A stretch of DNA of 64,000 nt from positions 1,169,234 to 1,233,233 of the forward strand of contig ML992503.1 in the NCBI GenBank assembly GCA_010093995.1, given 5' to 3'. Both the position numbers and the translations under genes were made by a program. The notes beneath the pieces are model-generated. The model was not told the DNA's origin. It saw only the letters and a list, made by a program, of their open reading frames with translations, and did no database searches. This document shows positions 45,801 to 57,560 of this stretch, piece by piece. This stretch comes from Elsinoe ampelina. Lineage: Eukaryota. The number at the start of each line of letters is the position of its first letter. The stretch's first letter is position 1.

Positions 45801-46976
45801 GCAGCATTCGGCCTAATCCGCTGAAGTACGCTCTTGCATTGGACGGCAAGTCTAAACAGCCACCCAACCAGTACGTCACTCGTGATCCTATCTTGGTCAA
45901 CGGTAAGAACGACCCTGGCTGGAATGCGAAGATATCTCTCTTCACTCTGTACCACCAGCAGATCACTCAATCATTGAGCCAGGCTACTTTCACCTCGTCG
46001 AACACTGCGGAAGGCTTTGGTATGCCTTGGGCGAACATACCGACATTCTCGGACAATCAGCCGGATTCTCTGTATCCGTACCGCTTCGACTTTGATGGTT
46101 TGTTTGAGCAAGTCCACGACAATTTCCATGGTTGGGTTGGTCCAGACATGGTAAGTCGTCACACCCAGTCGCGCATTCTATCAAGCATACTGACTCGCCC
46201 AGGCGGACAACACCTACACAGCCTTCGACCCGATCTTCCTCTCGTATCACTGCAACATGGATCGCCTGGCAGCAAAGTTCATCGAGTCCCACCCCGAAGG
46301 CCGATTCACATCCGGCTTCCCTCTCCAGCCCTTCCAGGACAACGGCAAGACAGTAGCCTACGACGATCCCCGGAAGTGGTCCTACACCACCATCGGCGAC
46401 ATGGCCAAAGACACGCGCGCACTCGGCTACTTGTTCGCACTGCCAGCCAACCCAGATGTGTACTCGCCTCCAACGGCGATAGAGAGGAAGATGTATCGCG
46501 CACCTGCAAACGGAGGGAAAGCAGTGACGCTCCTCGCCGCAAGCAACGGATCAAAGGACACCAACGCCACCAATTGCACAACCACGCAGTGCAAAACGCC
46601 ATATATCATCTTCTCCAACGTAGGCTGCACCTCCACCAGCTATCGAATCGACGTCTTCACTCGTCCCGCTGCATCCCTCGACCCCAACCCCGTGACCAAC
46701 CCGGACTTTATTGGACAGATCACCCGCATCGGCATGGGACCCGGGCGAGGCGATGGAGGTCTGCGCAATGCCACGAGGTGTCGCAAGCCGGAGGCCACGC
46801 GGGTGCTCAAGGCCGATGGGGTGAGGGAGAGGTTGGAGAAGGGCGGGAAGGCGGAGGAGGTGTTGCAGCTTGTGGTTACGGATCTGGAAAAGGGGGAGGT
46901 GGTGGGGGAGGAGGTATATGGGAAGTTGGGGGGGTTTGAGGCGAGGGTGATCTGGTTGGATACGACGCAGGAGTAG
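42839..46976 (+). CDS. Tyrosinase (type-3 copper) fusion protein with a large uncharacterised N-terminal region, 1281 aa; introns 43017-43064, 43343-43392, 43545-43591, 44016-44064, 45563-45608, 46151-46202
   Basis: Six GT-AG introns (46-52 nt) give one 1282-codon frame. CuA site H-TEWCL-H-YQEATFLW-H-RAY, PYWN, CuB site EQV-H-DNF-H-GWVG...AFDPIFLSY-H-CNMDR, preceded by YRVRRDI. No signal peptide. Confidence 0.9.
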
Positions 46977-48577
46977 GCATGCTGGTGATGGACATTATTT
47001 GCCGCGGTTGCTCTCTTGACTGCTCGAACGCGATCGTTGCACATGTCTCGAAGCGCGTGTACCTTGCCGGGGTGTTTACTGACCTGCGCAATGCATGGCT
47101 CCACCCCGGAATCAAGCCTATTGTGACATGGCTGGCTGCGTGGAGCCACCAGCTTGCGCGTCTCTGTTAAGCCGCTCCGTCGTCTTGGAACGGCCCCTCC
47201 GTCCCCCCAGAACAGTCGGCATCCATCATCACATTTTCCATCCATCCAGGAAGTTTCAGGCAACAAGATCAGAAAGACGCACTCCGACACCAGGGACGAC
47301 GAAGATGCAGACGCGGCAAAAATGACCGTTGCTGACACAGGAGACAAGGCTACGGAAAGGAAGCGGGGGAGACGGATCTAAAAGTACGAGATCCACCTCG
47401 ACGCGCAACGCTGCCGCATGAGCCGTGAGGTAAACGCGCAGTCGCAAGCATGTTGTTTCATCTTGTCATCTCCGAAGACGAAAAGTCTCGCAAATATACA
47501 GTATGCAGTGCCCCTAGGTCAGCATGAACCTCGAGAGGGTTTATCAGCGATAATGGTAAAGCCAAAAGGTTGGTGGCAGTCATGCGTCAAAGCCATGTGC
47601 TCGGCCTGGTCTCAGCGAGAGTAGCCAATCAGAACCAAGTATCGACGCCTCTCGTGTCTATTGTTGGGACGAGTCATGTCCCCAATTTGTCCCAGTCGAT
47701 CCCAATGCGCAATACGTGCTCGATTGGGAAATTGTCGAATCTCGAGCAATATCGAGCTGTACTGTACTGTAGCCCGCTGTGCGACTGATGGTAAGTTAAG
47801 CAATTCGATGATGCAGAGATACTGACACCTGCCTCGAGGAGAAGGAGAGATGTTTGCTGTCGGAGCGAAAGAGGCTTGTCCGGCGATCGCTGCAGAATGT
47901 GTTTTGTTCATCAGAGCGGGCACGAAATTTCTGATCGAGGCTGCTTTTTTTGCTCCGGGCTGCGGCGATGAATGATGGGGCAGCACTTTGTACCTGCATG
48001 TACCTGCATCGGCATCGTCATTCTTTCCATTCAGCGAACAGCGAGGTTGCAGCCTTTGCAAAGCCTTGATCAATTCACCGACAACCCTTATCGTACCCCA
48101 CAGATACAGCACACTCTGGTGTCGGCTTGACTCTGGCGCGCCATGTCTCGTGGTTTCATTGCGAGGTCTCTGCTCAGGTTGAGTCCTCTAGCATACCAAG
48201 CCAGTGCGCAGCTGTCCGGCGAGTCGAGCGAGACTTGTCTACGGAGCAGAGACCACGACCCGACTCGCTATCCGGTAGTGCTGTGCGCCTGGTCGGGAAG
48301 ACCTAGGTAGGGTTGCCCTATCGCCATTCGGACGCGCATCCGTCACAACCGTGAAGTCGTCAGACGCAGCTGTGGATCTCACAAGCAAGATCAGGTACAG
48401 TATGTCCGACTGTTGTCTCCACGTCTACCACGCTATACCCATCTTTATCCACTCGCAAACGCTGGTTGATCGAGCAGAGATGCTTTTTGGGATGCTTTTG
48501 TTCCTGATTCGCCTGGTTCCCCTAGTGCTGATCGTCAGGAACGGCCGCACGGCAGGCTTGACTCTGGACGAGCAAAG

Positions 48578-48592
48578 AAAAAAAAAAAAAAA
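48578..48592 (+). repeat. Poly-A tract (A15) upstream of the secreted protein gene
   Basis: 15 consecutive A. Confidence 0.9.
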
Positions 48593-49140
48593 GTCAACAC
48601 CACACCCGTTAGCGTCGCCCTCGTCGACAAGGTCCATGCATCCACAATTACGGGAAGCTCCTTTTCACCAACCCAATCATGCCCCTCGCCGAGCTGCAGC
48701 CCGGCCCCGATCGAATGTCAACGTGTGTTTCGTTTCCATATCACGTTGGCCCAGCATGGCCCGACCGGACACACAGGCCAACAAAGTCCCCAGCGCCCAG
48801 AACCATTGCACCCCCCCCGTTTGCGGTTTGTGTTGCCCTCGAGAAGGCCGTGGCCCGCTACTATCCAGCCTAGCGGTAGGTCGGCAGGACTGGGTGAGCC
48901 CATCCTCATATGCATACACTTTCCCCGTCTTGTTCCTTTCCTTCCTCTCACGCACGCTCCCTGTCCTCTACCACGCACACGTTCTCTATCCCACCACACG
49001 CTCTTTAGCACCCCACGGCAGTCTACCTGCACCAGTCGCTCACTACAGTCCTTTTACATACTCACGGCTAGACCGGACTTGCGCTGCTTCTACGGCATAT
49101 ATATCACTCGATACACATCATCCACACAATCATCAACAAC

Positions 49141-49974
49141 ATGAAGTCCTTCATTGCTTCCGCGGTACTGGGTGCTGCTGCTCTTGCCAACGCAGCTACG
49201 ATTCCTCACGGCCATGCGCACACTCATGTAAAGCGATCGCCCATCCAGTTCATGTCTCTGGCAGATGTCGCCCGTCTTGATTCTGTCGAGGGCTTTGGCG
49301 GCGAGAACGCCGGTCCCAGCTCAGTCCTGACCGCAGCCTCGGTGAAGATTGGCGCCAACCTTGCGGCTGCTGCCAACCCCGATGCCCCGATCACTGTCGG
49401 TGGTGACGGCCCATTCAAGGTCGAGTTCATCAACGAGTCCGAGGACGACATTATCGTTGTCGCATGGTCGGATGTTGGCATGTCAAACCCCTGGGACGCC
49501 GCCATCGTCACCAAAACTCAGCCAGCCGTGACCCACACTCTCCAGGCCAACACCTCGACTGTGGTATCCTTCGATCCCACCAAAGCCGGTGGCAAGCTTT
49601 CCGGAGCCTGGACCGCCATCTACCCAGATACCATCCTCAACAACGGCTTCATCTTCGAGGCTTGGGGAGAGTACACCTTCACTGACATGAGCGTCTTCTC
49701 CACCACCGACGTGTCCCGCGCCACCAACATGAACGGCCACAAGATGGCCATCCACAACTTTGCCAACGAGGGCGACGCCGTCCCAGCTTGCTCGTCCACG
49801 TGGGACAAGTGCTCCTTTGTCTGCCCCGAGGGTCAGCAATTCTGCCAGTACGGCGTCAACATTCAGAACTGCCCTGTCGGCACCCCAGGCACCACCTCCA
49901 GCTCGGATTACCAACACGGTGGCTGCGCGGGGATGCGCAACAACGGCGGCTACATGCGCGCACACTTCTTCTAG
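49141..49974 (+). CDS. Secreted Cys-containing protein, allergen Asp f 4-like, 277 aa
   Basis: Signal peptide MKSFIASAVLGAAALANA, Kex2-type KR site, WGEYTF...STTDVSRATNMNG and six C-terminal Cys. Strong C-ending codon bias and TATATA ~40 bp upstream. The family name is from recall. Confidence 0.8.
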   Translation: MKSFIASAVLGAAALANAATIPHGHAHTHVKRSPIQFMSLADVARLDSVEGFGGENAGPSSVLTAASVKIGANLAAAANPDAPITVGGDGPFKVEFINESEDDIIVVAWSDVGMSNPWDAAIVTKTQPAVTHTLQANTSTVVSFDPTKAGGKLSGAWTAIYPDTILNNGFIFEAWGEYTFTDMSVFSTTDVSRATNMNGHKMAIHNFANEGDAVPACSSTWDKCSFVCPEGQQFCQYGVNIQNCPVGTPGTTSSSDYQHGGCAGMRNNGGYMRAHFF

Positions 49975-50396
49975 ACGAATTTTTATTACGACCTCTCTTT
50001 CTTTGACTTACAAGAGGGGTATTTTGGGAGGGATCAGGAACCGATCGGTCACGGACGATCACACTCATGACAAACAACAGAGACAAGGGGGGGGATCAGG
50101 AGGGAGGAACCAATTACGTAGCTCTTTCATTTCATTCTATTCTCTCTCACGACCATGTGGATACCCGATCATACCAACACACACACGTGTGCATCGCGAA
50201 CGCGACTCGCCCCCAGGTACCGGACAGGGAGAATCAGGGCATCGTCCTAACTATCAACTCGTACATCTTTTGGAGTGTGGAAACGCACACCGATCTTCAA
50301 GTCAATAGTCGTAAAACATCTATACTGTTTAGTGTTTCCCGCGTCCGAACCACCTTGCGTCCCCACCCGTCGTGCATACAATGCCTTCTCGTTTGA

Positions 50397-50436
50397 GCAT
50401 CTTGCATCTTGCATCTTGCAGCTTGCATCTCGCATC
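50397..50436 (+). repeat. Tandem 7-mer (GCATCTT)x~5.7
   Basis: gcatcttgcatcttgcatcttgcagcttgcatctcgcatc. Confidence 0.9.
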
Positions 50437-51398
50437 CCCACCCGTGCGACTCCAGCCTCTCCCACCGCTGATTCTGCAGCCCAGATACAGTAGCTGCCCT
50501 CGCCTGATCAGGCGCACGTCCGCCTCACCCATCCACCGTCCCCGATCCCAAAAAAATCCACCAACTCCAGACCTCGACACCCCCTCGTCACCGCATGTGC
50601 AGTCGAAGTAGACCGAAATGCCACGACATGTCGTCCCAAAACCTCAAACACAAACCGTGCCGCGCAACTCCACTTGCGCCCGCCCTGCGTCTGTTACCGG
50701 GGCGTCGGCGCCCAGTTGTCGCACGCTGTGGACCTGTCATTTCGCGCTGCGGCGCCGCCGAACCCACGAAGGGTTTTTTTTATGCTTGCAATTTATGTGA
50801 GACGTGACATGTGGAGTCGTGGACTGTGTTCTGGTCTTTCTGGAAATGGGGGGGGTTTGTGGGATGGACGAGGCTTGTTTTTGAGGTTATTTGCGTGCCG
50901 GTGAGGAGAGGTCGCAGGGAGGTGCGCGGGAGATGGGTGCGCAACGGTGTGTCTCGGGTTTGAGATTGTGTTGTGGAGGACGTTGGAACGGTCGGGCGTG
51001 GTTGATGAGGTGCATGATGCAGGTGATTTGAGATGTAGGCGGGTTGATGATGCTATGTGATTTGCTCGTTGAGTCGATCGTGTGGATGTTTGGTTCATGT
51101 GGTCCTGGTAGGTTGAGGCATGCTTTGACGCCATATTCCAGAGGTCCGTACTCTGCCCGTGGCCTTGGGGTATGTATTTAAGGCAGTCATAGTATACACT
51201 TAGCTCGACTATCTCTATGGATCGGACTATGGTTCTCGATAAACGAAGCTGGCTACGAAGAAGTGGACGCCGTAGATAGATTGCGAACCACCAAGACACC
51301 GGCTAGCACTCTCGAAAACGAGTAGACGACACAGCTCACATAGCACGCGATACCTGGGTAGTGAGAGGCTTCTGCGCGGCAACCACGGTTGTCATCCC

Positions 51399-54300
51399 TC
51401 ATGAGGCTGCATCGTACCGGAAGGATCCTACGCCAAAGTTGACGGCCACACGCACATCATTGTCGCCTATACCTATCACAGCATAGAGGCGACCGGACGG
51501 AGCCTTCGCGGCGCGGCCTATGAAGAATGTCAGTCCTTCTGCAGAACATTGTGAAGGGCGGGTATCTGCCGCGACGCACCCAGGTGTTTTCCATTGTGTG
51601 TGAAGAACAATTCATCCCTCTGATAGTCTACACCACAGCCGATTATGTCCCCGGTATGGTATGTTGTGCCCTCTGAGTAGGCTTGCCCCTTTCCGGATCC
51701 CAGAAATAGCTTCCCGTCGTCCATGTGGAGTGCCCAGGACCCAGCCTCCCAGCCTGGCATGCCGACTGTTGCTGCCATGTCACGGCATAGTCCGATACCA
51801 ATGAGACTGTCGATGTCAGTACCCTGCTTGTCCTTCTAAGCTTCAACACTTTAGTCTTGCTTGGATTGATACCTTCTGCGACCAACGTTCTCGATCTCAA
51901 CCTCAAAGTACGGACGCTGCTCGCTGAATGCAAAAGGGTGATCTGCTCTGATCTGCGAGCGTTTGGCGAGTTCCTCGGAAGAAGCTTTGTCTGGAGGAGC
52001 ATCAGCAGGCAATCGCGAGTGTCTGCAGAACTTCATACCTGCTGTGACAAACAAACTGCCAGGAACGACACCAAGAGAGCTGGCGGGCGTGGCTTTGACA
52101 ACGGATGTAGGCGAAGCCATCGGAACATGGGACTTGTTGCAAATTGCCTTCATTGGTGGGCTAAGGTATGGCAGGAACTCGTGCTCGCCACACCTTTCAG
52201 CCACTTGCCAGGGGAGCCATCCGTGCTGATCGGGAAGTGCTAGATCAGCCTTAGCTTGACTCAGGGCTTTGACCACGGTGGAGTGCGATGTAAGAACCGC
52301 GACATGTAGGGCCGTGCCGAAGTTGCTCCCAGCCAAAATGTCAGCACCCCTCGCAAGGAGCAATTCCACAATATCTTCGTTGCCACCTTTTGCAGCGGCA
52401 TGCAACGCGGTACCGTAGTCCCCACCTTTGGCGTGGATGTCGACGCCATGCTGGAGGAGAAGCTCAACTACAGCTGTGTTTCCTGCTAAAGCAGCAGCCT
52501 GGAGAGCACTACCGTGCTTGCCGACTTGAGCATGTACATCGGCACCCTTGTCAAGTAACATCTTCACTACCACTTCATGGCCGTGGACTGCGGCAGCTTG
52601 AAGTGCAGTGCCGTCTTCGCCACCCTGAGCATTCACGTAAGCACCTCTATCGAGTAGAAGGCGCACTATTGCTTCATGCCCATTCAGTGCAGCAGCTTGG
52701 AGAGCGCTACCGTGCTGTCCACCTTGGGCATTAATGTTGGCTTTCGCATCTAAGACCAGCCGGACTATAGTCTCGGAACCGCTGCATGAGGCTGCTTGAA
52801 GGACGTAGCCATGATCTCCTCCTTCGATGTTGACATCAGCACCATGTTCGAGCAGTAGTTGAATGGCTTTCAGCTGTTCCTCAAACACAGCAACACCTAA
52901 TGGACTACCATGGTCGCCCGCTTGAGCATTGACATCGGCACCGTGATCGAGGAGTAGCTGAATTACTCCTTGGTGCCCCTCAGAGGTAGCAGCACCTAGA
53001 GGGCTACCATACTCACCACCTTGAGCGTTAACATCGGCACCATGATCAATGAGCAATTGTACTACTCCTTGATGGCTATTATGGGCAGCAGCGCCTAGAG
53101 GGCTTCCGTAACCACTGCTTCGAGCGTTGATATCGGCACCGCCATCGAGTAGAAATTGTACCACCTTCTCGTGCCCTGCTAGAGCTGCTGCCGCCAGAGG
53201 GCTCCCAATCCGTCCAGAGATTGTGTTGATATCGGCTCCTCTGTCAATGAGTAGCTGGACTAATTCAACACTGCCACCAGCAGCGGCGGCATTGAGTGGA
53301 GCGCCGTATGATCCTTCTCCGAAACGCCCAACATCAGCACCTTTCTCAAGAAGTAGCAGCATCATCTCTCTGGACCGTCCGTTGGCAGCAGCACCTAGCG
53401 CACTACCGAAGGAGCTATTCAGAGCTTCAAAGTCTGCACCATGGTCGAGTAGTAGCTGTACAATGTCTCGATGACCCCCATAGGCGGCGGCGCCAAATGG
53501 ACAACCCCAGTTACTGCACCGAGCATTGACGTCAGCGCCTTTGTCAAGAAGTAGCTCTACCACGTCCTGGTGGCCAGCCGCCGCTGCTGCACTCAGCGGC
53601 ACACCATAGCCACCACCTTGTGCATCGACATCTGCACCGTTATCGAGCAGTAACTGAACCACTTCACGACGTCCAGCGAATGCAGCAGCACTCAGCGACG
53701 TGCTAGGCCCCCGTCCTTGTTCGACAGCATTGGCGCCCTCATTGAGGAGGAGCTGCACCATTTCCGTACCTGCGCCAAATGCAGCAGCAGCGAGAGGACT
53801 GAAGTCATTGTCGTGACGGTCGTTGATTCTAGCGCCTCTGGCGAGAAGTAGTTTTACCACGTCTTTGTGTCCCCGACCTGCCGCAGCTTGGAGCACACCT
53901 CCGAATGGCCCGCCCGGTGCGTTGACGTCGACACCATGATCCAGAAGCATTTCCACCCCCCAATACAATCCAGTTTGAGCGGCGTAGTACAGTGGGCTTG
54001 GTAAATCTTGCTCGTCAATGTCCTCATCCATGACATCTTTCCACGGCTTGTCGGGATTATACAGCCGTGCGCATCTTTGTTCGAACTCATCAGATCTTAG
54101 CAGTGACTCCGCCATGCGCTGTGACTCTTCGTCATCACGCAGGACACGTCTGGCATATCCGGGCCACTCGTTCGCACAGAATTGAGCGAGAGGATAGTCC
54201 TTGCTCGTCGTGAATGTGTCGTGTGCCAAGTCAAGTCGTAGGAGATACGTGAGGGAGACTCTCGTCAAGGCTCTACAAGATTCAGCTTCTTCAAAATAAT

Positions 54301-57029
54301 CGCGGAGCTTCGGGTCCATCTCGTTCGACTTGAAATATTCTTGAACTGAGAAGTGGGCAAGCTGCAACACCCTTTGTCTTTTTCCGGCGATGATTCGTGG
54401 AACGACGACAACCAGTCCCGAGCAAAAGTTTGTGATTTCATCGGGATTCGGTAATCGTCTTTCGGTCTGTATCGCAGGCGCATCTCCGATTTCTACAATA
54501 AGAACTTCCTGGGCTTCCTCGAGGCGGAGCGATCTTCTAGAATAGATTAAGAATCGCAAGAGTCGAAAGGCCTCCTCGTGATAGTCAGAGTCTATTCTTA
54601 ACACCATTCTGTCATATGTCTCGTACAGTGTCCTGGGTAGCCGCTCCAAGACAAGCCGCAGCTTCTTCGTCTCGAGGCAAGCAGCGATCGTATCGAGTTG
54701 GCATGAAACCCAGCGGAACCTATACGGATCAGCAGTAACTCCTGAATAGTGAGTTGAGCTCATACATGCCCCCGGCCTTCGCAGACAAGCTTGCTATGAT
54801 CTCACGTTGTATTTCCGGCCTGGTCCGCCACCGAGCAAATCTGTCATCCTCCATAATGGTATCATGAATATAGGCATCAATATCTCGAGCGATGCTCGAT
54901 CCCTGTATATTGCAGATGCAACCCGGTCGAGCCCAAGTCTCTATCGACATCTTGATATCAGACTCTGGGCGGCTTGTCAGTAGCAGGTGAACATCCTCGT
55001 GGTCATTGTGTAATTGACGCAGCCACGCCAGCAATCCGTGCTTGGCAGGACCATGTCTCGACGTGCATTCGTCTCCAGCATCTAGCACGATCCAGATCTT
55101 ACCCGATTGAGCCAGACAGGATCGAAAGAGGTCGCAGAGAGCTTCTTGGCTAGCCTTGCGTGATCCTCGCTCGTGGGCATGCCAGAGATCTGTAAGCCTG
55201 GCAGCAGTCTTCTCATTTCGTGTTGCCAATTGGAATAGTAGAGTTCGTATAGCTGCATCCAAGGTCTGCTTCTCAGTATCGGCGAAGTCGAAGTAGAAGT
55301 AGAGGATCCTGTCCCAGATTTTGCCACCATTACTGAGATGATCGATGACAGTAGAGCTTAGAACCGTTTTACCAGAGCCTGCCATACCGTGCAACCATAA
55401 GAAGGACTTTGGCTCTGCCTTCCAAGCTTGGAAGATCTCACTCCTGAGGAACCAGTCCCCAGAACTTCCATGACGCTGTCCGCATGCTTTGAAGAAGTTC
55501 GTCGAAGCATCGGCAGGGTGTAGCCACATCATCCACTGTTCGCCACGCTTATCTCTATGGGCATCATCAAGCTTCTGTTCGATACGGCGAGATATCTGCA
55601 AGCCAGCGTCCACTACGAATTGGTCAGCCTGGTCGTCGGTGAATCTTCTCGAAAATCACTTACAACTTGCAATGATCTCGCCTACTCTCTGCGATTCCTC
55701 AATGTATCGTGGCGTGAGACGAAGGATGAGGTCCTTGGTGTATGCGGCAGCTGTCATGGCAGCATAAGCTTGCCATCTCTTGTTCTTGTGAGTATCTGAA
55801 TAGTCACAGATACCACGTACCACGAGACAAGGTAGATGATTCATGAGACCTGCAGCCTCCATCTCGAAGCACAAGATTCCGTATTGTTTGCTAAGCTGGT
55901 CGCGCCTCAAAGCGTCTCTCATCAAAGTGTTCGCCGATCCAATAGGGCCATAGTGAACAATGATGTCGTCTTGGCCGGTATCACGTTTGCGGCGGAGTAC
56001 CACCGAGGTCTTCGCTTGTCCACAACAAGGTCTTTCGGGCTGCACGTCTCCATCCGCCTTCTCCTGGTGCGTAAAAGATGCCTTGTACAGGATGTCGGTT
56101 GATGCATCTGGCTCTGCATACTCCTTCTGCAGACGCTTGGGAGTGCAACGCAGTATCTCCTGGACAGCTCGACGAATCCCGTTCCCATTCCGGATGTGAA
56201 ATGACTCCAAGCCTGCGCTCGTCGTCAATAGCAAGGTTGGAGGCTGGTTGAGAATAGTCGAAACACTGAAGTAGCCTGTCACTGAGTGGATTGTATCTTT
56301 GGTGCCAGAAGCGGCTTCTGAATAATGGGCATTCATGGATTTGCCTTGATTGGAATCCAAGACTGCCGCGGGAGTTTGGGGTGCCCCGTTCCTGGTTGCA
56401 TGCACTGCTTCCGCTGGTATCGTTGAGTGTTCCTTCCGACCCCAACGTACACTTTGTAGCCTTTGACGGAACACTGTGCGCATTCCTCGTTTGGGCTTCA
56501 CATTCTCCTCATCTGTCTCGGCGCTGTTCACTAGCGTTGAAGGCCGAGAATATGACTTGTGGGTGTCAGAGCTGTTCGTTGTTATGGACATCGTATCGTC
56601 GGGAATGGGCGTGATTGACGTAGCATCCAACTGATGCTGCTTTCCTTTGTCGTATTGCAAGACTGCAGGTGACGTGCTCGATCCCCTACTGACGACTACA
56701 TCCCCCAATCGAATGTCGTGCTCTGGAGAGGGCGCTCCGCCACCAATGCCAACTAAGAGAGGCACGCGGATATTAGGAAATGTGCGTACAAGATCTCGAG
56801 CTACTGTCGCGGCTGAGACGAGTCCATCCTGGCCACCAGGACAGACCGCAATGACGACACCGTGTTTGCCGATGCGACCGAGAGTGTAGTCGTTATTGTC
56901 GCTCACGTCTTTCCATTCGATTGATTCATTGTATTCTTCATCCAGGAACAGCGCAACAGCAGTCACTTCAACGACGAGAGCGCAGATGAGACCGATGGTG
57001 AAGTGGGCTTTGTCCGGCATGGGAGTCAT
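51399..57029 (-). CDS. NLR-like protein: PNP_UDP nucleoside phosphorylase - NACHT - ~19 ankyrin repeats - SPRY, ~1785 aa; introns 55613-55663, 54720-54765, 51991-52038, 51807-51872, 51518-51579
   Basis: PNP motifs TIGLICAL..E, LVGIGGG, DIRLGDVVV, EMEAAG, RGICDYSD. Walker A GMAGSGKT, Walker B IVLDAGDEC, LLTSR, GM|FRWVSCQL, LAHFSVQEY. ANK repeats. SPRY motifs YFEVEI, GMPGW, DDGKLF, GDIIGCG, FFTHNG, VNFG. Confidence 0.92.
52170..54001 (-). repeat. Coding tandem array of ~19 ankyrin repeats (mostly 99-bp period)
   Basis: Repeating G(S/T)(P/A)L.AA...GH..VV.LLL..GADVNAQGG units. DNA-level similarity is visible between neighbours (e.g. 52880-53150). Confidence 0.92.
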
Positions 57030-57560
57030 GATGGGTAAGGTGCCAGCTCTATCAACCTCTGACCTCCACTGCAAAGTGCGCCAGGTGCGCAGGTCGAGAT
57101 ACTTGAAGGCATAATCAGGCTGGTCATCAGGAGCCGATTGGAGCTTTTAGAATATACGCAAGCCCCAGCTGCGACAATCGATTGACAAAGCTGATGCAGT
57201 GCTGGCCAGTTGAATTGGCCGCCAATGAAAGCCGAGCCAGTCGCGCAAACCATTGACCACATTTGACTAGCTTTTGGCTAAGGTCGAGCCCCGCCGGCTC
57301 CTTGATCATTAGATGGCTACCCGGTGTGGCCGCCAATCTCAGACGCTCAATGCGCGCTGAGCCGAGCTCCAACAGATCTCAATCAGACTGCCGAGTAGCC
57401 TGACCTCTGTAGCTGAAATGTATACATGCTAAACATGTTCTTTTTAGCTCGTAGGGACTTCTTACTACTATACCATCTAGTAGCTTATTGACTTGTAGAA
57501 TTCTTGATTATGTCTTGACGTTCAATAGATGGTCTAAAACTGCTGTGACCAAGCCTCGTT

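Noticed and set aside
48351..49280. 309-aa ORF overlapping the promoter and start of the secreted protein gene
   Set aside because: GTG start, crosses a poly-A tract, no codon bias or motifs; the true gene is the ATG 49141 frame.
52170..54001. Regularly spaced repeats resembling a CRISPR or satellite array
   Set aside because: These are in-frame, degenerate ankyrin-coding units with no repeat-spacer structure, in a eukaryotic context.
55065..55088. Walker B variant LDAGDEC (usually LDALDEC) as a sign of an inactive NACHT
   Set aside because: The acidic residues and the Walker A lysine are retained, so there is no basis to call it inactive.
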